A stretch of DNA of 63,225 nucleotides, filler included, from Nemertoderma westbladi (Eukaryota > Animalia > Xenacoelomorpha), in the NCBI GenBank assembly GCA_032718475.1. It is 3 parts of 3 records of this genome, joined end to end, with 100 filler letters (N's around TTAATTAATTAA, not from the genome) between each part and the next. Parts side by side here need not be neighbours in the genome. Positions count along the whole stretch, not along the records: positions 1 to 28,071 come from JAUCBJ010005704.1; 2 more parts are not named here. One strand, given 5' to 3'. A program made the position numbers and the translations under genes. Within the stretch, counting starts at the first letter, position 1. Each line of letters begins with the position of its first letter. Below are positions 1-11,590 of this stretch, one piece after another. Under the pieces are notes generated by a model. The model had not been told where the DNA came from. It saw nothing but the letters and a program-made list of their open reading frames with translations, and ran no database searches.

Positions 1-2019
1 TGGTGGGTTAAACTGCCAAAGGTCTGAAAGCGCGAACAAGTATTGAGAAAGATATTTTTAAAGATACTAAGTTAAAGAAAGTAAGAGACAACATAGATCC
101 TCAAGAAAGAGAAGCGTTAAATAAATTTAGAAAAACAAACATAAATGATAAGGAATATATTATGAAATTACAAGACAAAGGAAATTCTTTTGTATTCATT
201 GATAAGGAAACAGACAACAAAAAACTAAAAGAGCAAATGGAATGTGGATCATTTAAGAAAGTTGGAAAAGACCCGAGTTTTTCAATTTTAAACCAAATTA
301 CAAACTGGTCTGAAAAATGGAAAGACCTGGGACTAAGCAATAAATGGGTAAATTATATTTTATTGAACTCTGAACCTACACCGGGCACAAATTATCCAAG
401 AATAAAACTACACAAAGAACAGCACCTGCGCGTGTAATAACATCAGGTTGTGGTAGCGCAACAGAAAATCTTTCTCAATTTGTAGAAACATACTGCAAAA
501 AGATAGCTAACACATTACCACATCGGGTAAAAGATACCTCACACATATGCTGGAAATAATAGACGAATTAAATTTACATGAAATTGCAGATAATGATATA
601 TTGATTAGTTTTGATATTATTAATATGTTTCTTTCTATTGACAACAAAAACGGGATCAATATAGTTTCTAATAAATTAAAAGAAAATATACATTTGTTTG
701 ATGTACCTTCTAACTGCATTATTGAAGCATTGGAAATTCGCCTAAAAAACAACGTATCACAGTATCAAAATGAGTTTTGGATACAAACAGACGGCACTGC
801 AATGGGACCCAAAAATTATTGTTCTTACGCTGACATAGTGGCAGGAGATATTGATATAAAAGTAATTAAGAAGAAAAAAAGATACCCTGAATTAAGATGT
901 TGGTTTAGATACAGAGACGATATATTCTCCATATGGCGTGGTTCAAAAAGGCGTCTATTCGAATTCTTTAAGCTATTAAATACATTGGATCCAAAACTTA
1001 AGTTTACACTGGATATAGGTGCTAAATCGTTACACTTTTTAGATCTAAACATAACAATTGAAAATAATCAGTTAACAACATCAGTGTATAGTAAACCTAC
1101 AGATTCACATATATATTTAAATAGTAAATCTGCCTACCCTAAATGCCAAATCAACGGAATTCCTAAAGGAGTTGCCTTAAGGTTGAAAAGAATTAATACA
1201 AAAGATAAAGACTACGTGACTCAAGGTAACGTGTACAAGAACCACCTAATTAAGTGTGGACATAATGCAGATCATGTAAATACAGTCTTTGAAGAAGTTA
1301 GGAACATGCAAAGATCGGAAGCAAGTAATTATAAAGGAAAAAACAAAAGTATTAAAAATCCAACAGTTTTAGTAAAAACTTATAACCCAATGGCTCCAAA
1401 CATTAAAAGACTTATCAGTAAACATTATGGTATATTAGAGTCAAACGAAATGGCAAGGAAAATACTACCTCAAAACGAAATAATTGTTGCATATAAAAGA
1501 AACCCAAACCTAAAAGAACTTCTAGCACCATCCAATCCATACAAACAATTATCATGCATTGATAATCCTGGTTGTTACAATTGTAGCGCTAAAAAGTGTG
1601 ACTGTTGTGAAAATTACTTAATTGAAACCAACCATTTCAAATGTGTAGCTACAGGCAAGACTTTTAAAATAAACAAACGACTAAACTGTTACTCAGAAAA
1701 TGTAGTATATTTAGCTATCTGCATAGAATGCAATTTACAGGGTGTTGGCTCAACAATCAATTTCAAGAAGAGGCTTGGAAATTATAAATCTCATATAAAA
1801 AAAGGTGTGAAAAGTTGCAATATCGGCGTGCATTTCATCGATAAACACAACAAATCCTCCAAAAACTTGAAATTTATTTTGATCGATCAATAATTACCAG
1901 GAAGGGACAACTGCGTAGAAACAATAAAGAAACTAAGAAAATCAGAACGAATTTGGATTGTTATGCTGCTCACTAATCTAAAGGGCTTAAACTCCTTCCA
2001 TGACTACATTCAACAATAA
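1..2019 (+). pseudogene. PLE reverse transcriptase / GIY-YIG endonuclease ORF, disrupted
   Basis: ORF 547-1893: ISFDIINMF, QTDGTAMGP, RYRDDIF, FLDLNI, VYSKPTDSH, CxxC..CxCC linker, NVVY..C..C..QGVGST. Reading through TAA 1891-1893 gives E-RIWI..L.T...GLN, ending at 2019. Upstream pieces (162-437; PARVITSGCGS) are frameshifted. Confidence 0.9.
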
Positions 2020-2111
2020 AAACTTTATTATATTAAGTCTAGGTTACCTTAACAACAAACTAAGAATTATGATATTCTATGTAAACAAATTCAAATAAGA
2101 ATAATAACAAA

Positions 2112-2154
2112 TAGATTTGATAAAGGCTATGCAATATAGCCGAAATATCATCTG
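2112..2154 (+). ncRNA. Minimal type I hammerhead ribozyme, C3U/G8A core variant
   Basis: stem I AGAT(2113-2116)/ATCT(2150-2153); core TTGATAAA; stem II GGCTAT-gcaat-ATAGCC; GAAA; palindromic ATAT stem III; TC cleavage site; located in the PLE 3' region. Confidence 0.75.
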
Positions 2155-2318
2155 TAGAATAAAAACATCACTTTTCTTAAATACAAACAGTAGCATTTAT
2201 TTCATTTGTCTTCATATATCTATATATATATATATATAGAAAAAACCCGAACTATCAGTTAGTTACATATACCGGTACTATATACCTTTACCATAAGTTT
2301 CAATTATGTTCTCAATGG

Positions 2319-5300
2319 CTATTTCAGTTTGAAAAATTTCTGGTTGATTGTCTCATGGTTTCGCAAATTAAAAGTCATTAGTCGATCGGCAAGAACATCC
2401 CATTCTCCTTGTATATTACAAAGCAGTAGTTGTTCAGCTTCAACCATCGCTACATCCTTTACTGATGGATACTTCCACTTCAAGTTTGACCCCTTCTTAA
2501 CCCGATCGAGATGCTCTACCAAAAATGTGTTATTGTCAAATACCTTCTGACAATAACCAATATACCAGGTATTACCACTATCTGTTGCCCATAGTGTAAC
2601 ACAAATTTGGTTCACTTCCAAAATGGCTTCCCCCTTTTCTTTATCTCCATCTTCATTGGGTTTTTCTTCCTTCAGGGATGTGTTCCAAATCCGTACTCCC
2701 GACCACATTGCAACTCAATTGTTTTGGCAGCATCATGGCACATTTCTCTAAGTATTTCAGTTTCAACCTCTGATGTAGGCGTTTCAATATTAACATGACG
2801 ATATTTAACAATGTAAGAAGATAAGGTATCCATTGAACCTTTTAGTAAATCATCATATAGAATAGGGAATATATTGCAAAGGTCATCCTGTGTGCAGATT
2901 TCAATGGCATTTAGTAAAGGTAGACTAACTTTATATGTAAAGTAAGCCAAAACACGTAGTTCACTGAAGAGGAGTTCACTGTCTAGAAATAACCTGACAA
3001 TTTCAACATGTTGGTTGCTAAGATGAGTATATATGGTAGAGCATCTAAAATTGATGCACAAGAATAACCCAACTTTGTAAATCTTCTCTCCTGGTAAAGT
3101 GAAATGTGCTTAACTTTATTTTCCCGTTCTAATATATAATCAAACAAATCTGCTTGATTAGTAGAAGAGGCTGACTTATCATGACTTACAAAGTTTATTA
3201 TAGTTTTTATGGCAGACAAAGTAACTGATTTTTCTCCTCTCAAGAATGTTTTTGTGGAAGGATTTGCAGTCTCCAATGCTTCACGAAATTTTACCTTATG
3301 TTCTAATTTCCCTAATGTGGCAATATTTGAACGATCAAGTGCCTCTACGGTATGTGCCTTGCAGAGTAAATGGAGAGGTTTATACTCTGAACCCAGAGCT
3401 ATTGAAATGTCATCTTCAATATGTAAATTTTTACCAACTGCATCAGTCATAATAACAGTGACTTTCTCCCAAAGTGCCTTGGCTGTAATAATGGATTCTT
3501 TTGATGTAACCAATAAGGCCAACCTCTCAAAAGTTTCAACTAGAAGGTTGACAATTTGTTTTCGATCCTCATATGCAAAGAATAGTGGCCTTAAAGAATA
3601 CCTTTGCTTTCCTGAAAAATTGAAAATGATAGCCGGCCAATCGCCATCTATATTGCATCATGAGGTTGTGTCATAATGTAAAGTACACTTGGTATCCTCA
3701 TCAATATTGTGCAGCGCATTGACAGCATCTGCTTCAGCTTGAATAGCCATGAATTGTTTATATTCTGTGATTGTCTTTGGGCTTGGAAGGACATTTTTGT
3801 ATGGGATATAATCCTCCTTCTTTGTTGGTACAGTTCGTTTGGCTACATCTAAGCGCTGCCTCTTTTTATGTGGTCCTTGTTCTTCTTCTATGTCAACTTT
3901 AAAGGCTGACAAACTAGGATCTTTCTCAATCGCTTCCTCCTTTGTTAAATAGAACTGATGGTGATAAAGGGTTTTACAAACGGTTTGAACAGCTATCAAT
4001 GACATTTTTGCTGATAGACCACACTTGACAGATACTTCAACACATGTTGATTTAATTTCATTTGTACAATTTCGGATATTGCGAATTTCAGGACAAATAT
4101 TGATAAGTGTTTCAGTCTTGACTTCTTGGTCCACACCAGTTTTGCTGAATCTAACTAAACCCGAGTGGTGCAAACTAACATCTAAATTTACTTCAATATT
4201 AGAAGTTGATTCAAGATCCCCAGCAGTGCTCTGATCCTCATATATATAGCTAAGCTCCTCCTCAACTTCTAGTTTATCGTTTACTTGTTTCTGAAATGCA
4301 TCATCTTACTTGACTACAAACTACAAATCAATTTCTTCACTCAAGTACATCTTTCTTTCGTTTAACTGATCATAATAGAATTTTTTTCCATCTCATCAAA
4401 TTCCTCTGGATTCGAATCTCTCTTTTTAATGTCAAAAAATGGTCGATGGTCATCGAGTCCTGGGGTCCGTAATAGGGTCCACATCCTACTGTGCTGGGTA
4501 TCTGGAGAAGCGAGTTGATGTCATCTGTCGCCAACTAAAACACCTCAACGATTTCGCAGTGACTGCTCCCCACCCCGCGTACGGATGCCTGGTCCGTGGC
4601 TTACAGCCAAAGGTAAACTTCTTGGCTCGCACCACACCCGGGTTAGTCGGTCACTTGGATCGAGTTGAGGAAACACTCTCCAGCACAGTCATCCCGACAC
4701 TCACTGGCAGATACCCACCCGGCCTTTCGGAACGACAGCTGCTGGCACTCCCTGTGAGGGAGGGGGGGGCTAGCTATAAATCAACCTCAGGATGAGGTGG
4801 AAAGCTATGAGAAGTCGTTGCGACTCTGCGAGCCCCTACGGTGTTCGGACCCAGCCGCTCGTACAACACAGCAGACCATCCTGCGTGAGATCCGCAAGGA
4901 GCAGGATGAGGCTGTGAAGACTCGATGTGCGGCGGTTGATGCTCAACTGTCCGGAGACGCCCTCTACCATCGGACACTGGCGAAGGAGCGTGGAGCGTCA
5001 GCATGGCTCTCGGCCCTACCCATTTCCAGATACAACTTTTCCCTACACAAATCCGCTTTCCGGGATGCGTTGTGTCTGCGATTTGGGTGGGAGCCCCCGA
5101 GGCTGCCCGCCAACTGCTCCTGCGGTGCTGTATTCACCATCTCCCACTCCCTTCACTGCCCTATGGGAGCCTACCCGATCCTGCGGCACAACGAGGTCCG
5201 CGATTTCCTCGCCGAGCTCCTCAGCGAGGTCGCACACGACGTTGAGGTGGAACCCCATCTCCAGCCGATCGAGGGCGAGTCTTTCCGCCTGAGATCTGCT

Positions 5301-5890
5301 ACGGTAGACCCGGAGGCCCGTCTGGACGTTGCGGCGAGTGGGCTGTGGGGTGGGCGCTTCGAGCGGGTGTATATCGACGTCAAGGTATTCAACCCTCTGT
5401 GCTCCTCCAATCCTCGCTCCATGGATGCTGCTTACAGCAAACATGAGCGAGAGAAACGGAGGAAGTACGAGGAGAGAATCAATGACATCGAGCACGCCGG
5501 CTTCTCGCCTTTTGTAATTGCTACAACTGGTGGGGCCAGCCGCTCAGCCCACGCGCTCCTCACACGCATTGCGCTCTTACTGTCGGCGAAACGGGATGCT
5601 CCCTACTCGCAGACTCTCTCCCTCATCAGGACTCGGTTGAGTTTCGCCCTCCTCCGTTCCTCCATCATGTGCCTCCGGGGCGCACGGAAGCCGAAGGCTA
5701 GGCTGGCAACGAGACAGACGATGCGGGAGACCGGCGTGAGCGCGGCTGTAGCCGAGGCTGGGATTGCATTAAATAGTTTCAACAATAATTATTAATTACC
5801 TACAATTTGTTGACATTAATTAATTCATTATGCTGCTTGTTTGTTAATGTTTATTTTATTTGTAATTGAAATAAAGAAATTTACTATGTA

Positions 5891-5925
<35 letters not shown>

Positions 5926-6280
5926 TAATATGCTACATTTTAATGTCAAATAAATTGGTTGCTTTCTTCCGCCACTCTTGCCGAGAAACTCGTTTATTTT
6001 TCTTGCTTGTAACAACAACCTTTCTATAATATTCCTCAAGTTCCCTTCGTATTTTTTTCTTTATAGCTCTTTCTGTAATTATATGTTGGATTGTAAATGC
6101 TTTCGACCAAATGTCTATTAGTTTTTTTGTATAGGCATGGATGACAGTTTTTCTCAAAGCCTGTTCTTTGCTTTCAACTGGTGACCCGCCAGGTGCCAAC
6201 TCCATGATAGAGGAAACTACATTGTAAGTAGTTGGGAGCTGGTCTTGAAATGCAAAATTGAATTGTGGCACATTACTCAT
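2319..6280 (-). pseudogene. Decayed DDE transposase-like gene with CxxH motif (hATm-like; hAT/MULE/P/Kolobok group), interrupted by a LINE
   Basis: Fragments 5933-6280 (IWSKAF...LFDIK) continue at 4436 (KRDSNPEEFDE..FYYDQ), then 3658-4173 (LHYDTTS), 2983-3522 (IMTDAVGKN, LCKAHT), 2672-3061 and 2319-2708; stops and frameshifts; TIRs not found. Confidence 0.55.
4437..5925 (+). mobile_element. 5'-truncated CRE-clade non-LTR retrotransposon (RT thumb, Zn knuckle, restriction-like endonuclease) with poly(A)
   Basis: ORFs 4439-4795 and 4797-5795: VLGSVIG, LPVREGG, SAWL..LP, FRDALCLR, CSCG..H..C, RHNEVRD, RLD..D.KV, EKRRKY, FSPFV.ATTGG. AATAAA and A-tail 5899-5925. 13-bp duplication TTTTAATGTCAAA at 4424-4436 and 5938-5950. 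GC-rich. Confidence 0.85.
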
Positions 6281-6382
6281 AATTCAATATCTATTATTAA
6301 ATTAAGTTTACTTACTTATGCCTAATCCCTAACTAGGTCTAGGTTCATCATGCTAAAATGTAGGGGATTGATCATATGTTCA

Positions 6383-6700
6383 GTAGGCTACAAATTTCAG
6401 GAGGCTACTTATGTTGTCTTGGTATACCAGTCAGTAGGATACTTTAGTGTTGTTGTCTATTCAAGCAATACACCCTCAAACAGTCACAACACAAACTCAA
6501 CATTTAAATTTGCCTCCAGGGTCGAAATACTACAATACACTTGCTGATATATAGGCTACAAAATATAGGAGGCTTCTAATGTTGTCTAAGGTATGGTACC
6601 GGTCCGGTAGGCTACTATAGTCTATTCAGGTACCGGTATTGAAACCCTCAAACAGTCATAATACAAACTCCACATTTAAAATTGCCTCTATGACCAAAAT
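6383..6700. repeat. Diverged ~170-bp direct duplication upstream of the transposase-like gene
   Basis: TAGGCTACAAA..GAGGCT..ATGTTGTCT..ACCCTCAAACAGTCA..ACAAACTC.ACATTTAAA..TGCCTC occurs twice. Confidence 0.7.
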
Positions 6701-7500
6701 ATCATGTTCTTATAATTATTATATACTAGCAATCAACTGATGAATTAGTCTTTATGCTTAGTGTACCAGTACGGTAAGTGCTAAAAATTGGCTAATTCTC
6801 GTATTGGCATATGCTGACTTTGAACTATGTGCAACACTCGAATTTGACTCAAAATTGATTATTTTTCTTAAATTTGTGATCAGTGAAGGTCATTTTTTGA
6901 AATTAGCTGGTATTCATGTTAATCTGAGAATGTGACCTGCTACCTCCTACATAAGTAAGTAAGCGAGCTTAGCATGATGCTAAGCTCGCTTACTTTCGTG
7001 GCTCGCTACACATACAGTTTTATAAACATAGTCTCTACAGTATTAATGTTGGCCGAAAGATTTCTAAATAAAAGTATTATTATTAGATGAGCGTAGGCCT
7101 ACAGTGTAATAATAGTACCCAATACAGTGCATAACTATCATTCATTCAGCTCGCACACCATCTAATATAGCAGAGTGAGTAACATTGTAGCCCTTCCCAT
7201 AGGATGCATTGGGAAAAGCTATTCAGGTGATGGGGTAATAGATTACAAACTAACCCAGTTAATGTTTGCTTACAGTTGGGTTGAAAGAGTGAGTGATTAA
7301 ACTTGGCACAGAAAGGAAATTCTTTTTAGTTGGCCCTATTGAATATCATTACTAGGCCACCTCTACCCATTTTTCATGAGCGCCAGCTGGTGTCTTTATC
7401 ATTGCACCAATAGCGTTTTTCGGTTTATGTCTATTTTTAAAGTCCAGAGGATATGGACGGAGTAGCCAATCATGCTAGGGACTGGGTGTAAACGTTACGC

Positions 7501-7905
7501 CGACAGCAGACAACTGACAACAGACAACCGACAGCAGAAAACCGACAGCAGACAGCCGACATCAGACAACCTACAGCAGACAACCGATGGTAGACAACCG
7601 ATAGCATCTACCAATAGCAGACAGCCGACAACCTACAGTAGACAACCGACAGCAGTCAACCGACAGCAGACAACCGACAGCAGACAACTCACAGCAGACA
7701 ACCGACAGCAGACAACTGTCTGCTGTCAACCGACAGCAGACAACCAACAGCAGACCACCGAAAGCAGACAACAGACAACCGACAGCAGACAGCAGACAAC
7801 CGACAGCAGACAGCAGACAACCGACAGTAGACCATGACAGCAGACAACCGACTGTAGACAACCAACAGCAAATAACCGACAGCAGACAACCGACAGCAGA
7901 CAACC
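7501..7905. repeat. Minisatellite, 14-bp unit CAGACAACCGACAG built from 7-bp subunits
   Basis: Direct tandem periodicity; the ORFs across it are repeat translations. Confidence 0.95.
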
Positions 7906-10011
7906 CAAAGAAAAACAACTATATCATTATTAAAATAAATTATTTAACCAACGGACTATGTGGAGTAGCACTTCGAATTTATTTTCTACATGTTTCCTGC
8001 TGCATTGTCCCTAAACTGTTTTACCATACGACCCATTTCTTCTATTTCAGACTCCATCCAAGCCTGAAACTGGATCTACAAATGCCTTGACATTTATAAA
8101 ATTGCAGATGGCCTAATCAAATTCAACCAACAAAACCGATCTTGCCATCAAACAACAATCCACTGGGATCCGCAGAGCATTCACATACTACTTACTACCT
8201 CTTCATTTGCAAACAACTATGAGATCATTTCGAAATGGATGCACCTTCCCCATAAGAATGCCATCCATAAAATAACAAACATGCCACTAGGTTCACTACT
8301 AACGTTCAGAGATGAAATCTACGAGCAAACAAAGATTCTTATGACACCAATCCATGCTTTTACCCTCAAACTGAAACCAAGAAATTCACAACTTGAGGTT
8401 GCAACAGACATTTTCGAATTAATGAAATCTGTGATAGAGAACAAGCTGGTGGAATCATGCAGACGACGATTAAAATGTCAAGTATCCTCAAGTAATGAAG
8501 TCATTACCCTCGAATTTCTAAAGCAAGATTTCGTGTCAGCTTTATCAACCCTTCAGTCTCGCCTTTGTCAAACAGACCATGAGCTTCTGAAAGTAACACA
8601 GGAACACAAAAAAATGCAAGAAGAACTTCAATACGAACGCCATCAACGAATGCTAATTCAAGCTGAGCTAGAAAAATTACATGACAGTGCACACATCCAA
8701 AATAGCCAATTGTCCAACAACAGGTTAGGTTAAGGGATGCAAATACCAATATCAATACGATGATTACAAAAACAGATAAAAGAAAGACCAATAAAACAAA
8801 GGCTGTAGAGGAAGAAGTTGAATATATCGTGACTGATGAATGGCCTATGCAAAGCAAACATTATGAAAAAGATTGGAAGAAAATATCTCAGAAAAGAACA
8901 TCAAAATCTCCCAGGGTACCATCAAAACATATACACTCTCAATTACATTTATCTAACAAGTTCCATCTTCTAAACGAGGAATCAATGAATACTATAAGCA
9001 GTCCTTCAGATGTAAGAAGAAACAGAACCCCTTCTAAAATCAGGTCACAAGCTTGTCAAAACTTAAGACAGAACTACATTCAATCAAAGGAACCCACATC
9101 AATAAACCATCGAGAATATAATAACTCCACAAAGATGCCGTACAAATACAATCAAGACAGATCAAAGGATAAAAGATACCAGCTATTCTTTATCTCTTTC
9201 ATGAATGAAAAGCAATGAACATGAAACAGATCTGGAAAGTTATCTCAGTTCCAAGGGAATTAAAGCTCAGAGGATTACAACAAGAATACGACAAGGTATA
9301 AAAAAATGAAGTTTTCAATAGACCAGTCACATTATAAACAGCTGTGCTCAAGTGACTTCTGGCCAATAGGAGTAAGGGGTTGTTTATGGCAAGATAGGGC
9401 CAGTTGTTACCATATTGATTCATCACATAGCAATACCTCTTCATCGATCAATCACTTTCAAGCACAACGTATTTGACACTTATGATAAGGAGCAAAGCGT
9501 TCCAAACAATGGAACTACTAGGACACTAAAACAAACTGAGAAAAGTATGAATTGGAAGCCAGATGCAAATCATAATCTAGACAAAACGTGTAGAATAGCC
9601 TCATTCAACTGTCATGGACTAATCAATAATTCTGATTATATCAAGATGCTTCTCAACTCATGTGATATATTAGGCTTACAAGAGCATTGGCTAGACCCTA
9701 TGGAAGCCAAATTCATTCTGGGGAACAACACACCCAACTCATCTATTCTTGATAGTAATTTCATATGTTTCTATGAAACATCCCAGAGCAAAATATCTGC
9801 ACCTAGAGGAAAGGGTGGAGTTGCTCTTTACCTGAGAAACTCTTTAGTGAAGGACTGCACAAAGCTTTCAACAGGATCTAATAATATTGTGTCTGCATAT
9901 GTCACTTTTAAGGTGATGAGACAAACGATTCTTTTCATCTCAGGATATGCTCCCGATGTCTCTAAAGGTAGCGCTGCATATAATGAATTCTTAGGAAATA
10001 TTGGAAGTTTA

Positions 10012-11590
10012 TTGTGGGGCGAGCCACGAAGTTGGCGGAGCCTTAGCGAATTGACACTGTTAGGGGGTGGGTCAATTTATGCAAATAGTTGTCGTCGTCG
10101 TCGTCGTCGTTGTCGTCGTCGTCGTCGTCGTTGTCGTCGTCGTTACGATTTTGACATGCTAATAACTTTGTCGGATTTAAAGCTGCCAAGTTGAAAATTT
10201 GTAGGTATCAATATGAGCAAAAGTTGAGATTTTTGAGAGACTTTCAGACACCATCAGTGCAATGGTCTCCCGCTAGAGGGCCACATGTCTAAACATTAAA
10301 TGCCCTCCCATTTCTTTGCTTTTAATCCGTTTAAGCTGAAACTTGGCAGATATGTATTAGACCATTAGCTGTGACTTTCAAAGGAGGCGAATCCATCTGC
10401 AGTTCTCCAGTCTGCCGCTAGAGGGCCAAAGGTCTGAAAGTGAAATCGTTGTCGTCGTTACGATTTTGACATGCTAATAACTTTGTCGGATTTAAAGCTG
10501 CCAAGTTGAAAATTTGTAGGTATCAATATGAGCAAAAGTTGAGATTTTTGAGAGACTTTCAGACACCATCAGTGCAATGGTCTCCCGCTAGAGGGCCACA
10601 TGTCTAAACATTAAATGGCCACCCATTTCTTTGCTTTTAATCCGTTTAAGCTGAAACTTGGGAAGTATGTACTAGACCATTAGCTGTAAATTTCAAAGGA
10701 GGCTAATCTGTTTGCAGTTCTCCAGTCTGCCGCTAGAGGGCGAAATGTCCCGAATGTGAAATTATTCTTCCATTTAGTTGTTTATGATCTGATTACGCTG
10801 AAACTTGTCATATATGTACTAGATGACATCCTGAGTATTTGTGTGGATTGTAATCGGTCCGAAGTTTTCCAGTCTGCCGGTAGAGGGCCACATGTCTAAA
10901 CATTAAATGGCCACCCATTTCTTTGCTTTTAATCCGTTTAAGCTGAAACTTGGGAAGTATGTACTAGACCATTAGCTGTAAATTTCAAAGGAGGCTAATC
11001 TGTCTGCAGTTCTCCAGTCTGCCGCTAGAGGGCAAAATGTCCCAAAAGTGAAATTAATCTCCCATTTAGTTATTTATGATCTGATCAAGCTGAAACTTGT
11101 CATATATGTACTAGAAGACATCCTAAGTCTTTGTGTGGACAGTAATCGGTCCGGAGTTTTCGAGTCTGCCGCTAGAGGGCGAAATGTAGGAAAGTGATAA
11201 CCTTCGCGAATTCCTTGATCTTAATCTATTTAAGCTGAATTTTGGAATATACAGTACCGGTATGTACTAGACCACATGCCTCGTCTTTGTGAGGAAGGTG
11301 ATCGATCCGTAGTTCTTTAATATGCCGCTAGAGGGCTAAATGTATGAAAGTGAAAACCTTCCAACATTTCGTTATTTATGATCCGTCAATCGGAAACTTG
11401 GTAGATATGTAATAGACCATAGGCTGTGGCTTTGTAGGGAAACTAATCCTTCCTTCTTCAGTTACCCAGTCTCCCGCTAGAGGGTTAACGTTTTCCGGGA
11501 AAATCTTCTCCTATGTTTTTATAATCCTTTCGAGTTGATACTTAGCATTAACTCATTTCACGTGCTGCGCGAAGGCCCCACTTCGTGTAT
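10012..11590 (+). mobile_element. Non-autonomous Helentron/HINE (DINE-1-like) element with internal ~146-bp tandem array
   Basis: Inserted at a T-rich site inside the LINE APE coding region. 5' GTGGGGC..CACGAAGT is complementary to 3' GCCCCACTTCGTG. (GTC)n microsatellite at ~10091-10142, followed by about nine diverged monomers. Confidence 0.6.
10270..11485 (+). promoter_or_regulatory. Array of nine CTCF-consensus-like motifs (CCGCTAGAGGGC)
   Basis: Cores at 10270, 10415, 10585, 10730, 10877, 11022, 11169, 11325, 11474. Eight fit CCRSYAGRKGGC; the last ends in T. TGCAGTTC starts 17 bp upstream of the cores at 10415, 10730 and 11022. Confidence 0.55.

Larger units (their letters stand above)
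1..2238 (+). mobile_element. Penelope-like retroelement (Neptune-type), 5' end outside window; 3' UTR with hammerhead, AATAAA and (TA)n end
   Basis: RT + Cys-rich linker + GIY-YIG coding region, hammerhead at 2112-2154, AATAAA at 2158-2163, (TA)n at ~2221-2238. Confidence 0.9.

Noticed and set aside
7472-7918. Gln/Thr-rich and Cys/Leu-rich ORFs
   Set aside because: Translations of the 14-bp minisatellite
10090-10194. Protamine-like poly-Arg tail on ORF 9415-10194
   Set aside because: Read-through from the LINE endonuclease into the (GTC)n microsatellite of the inserted element
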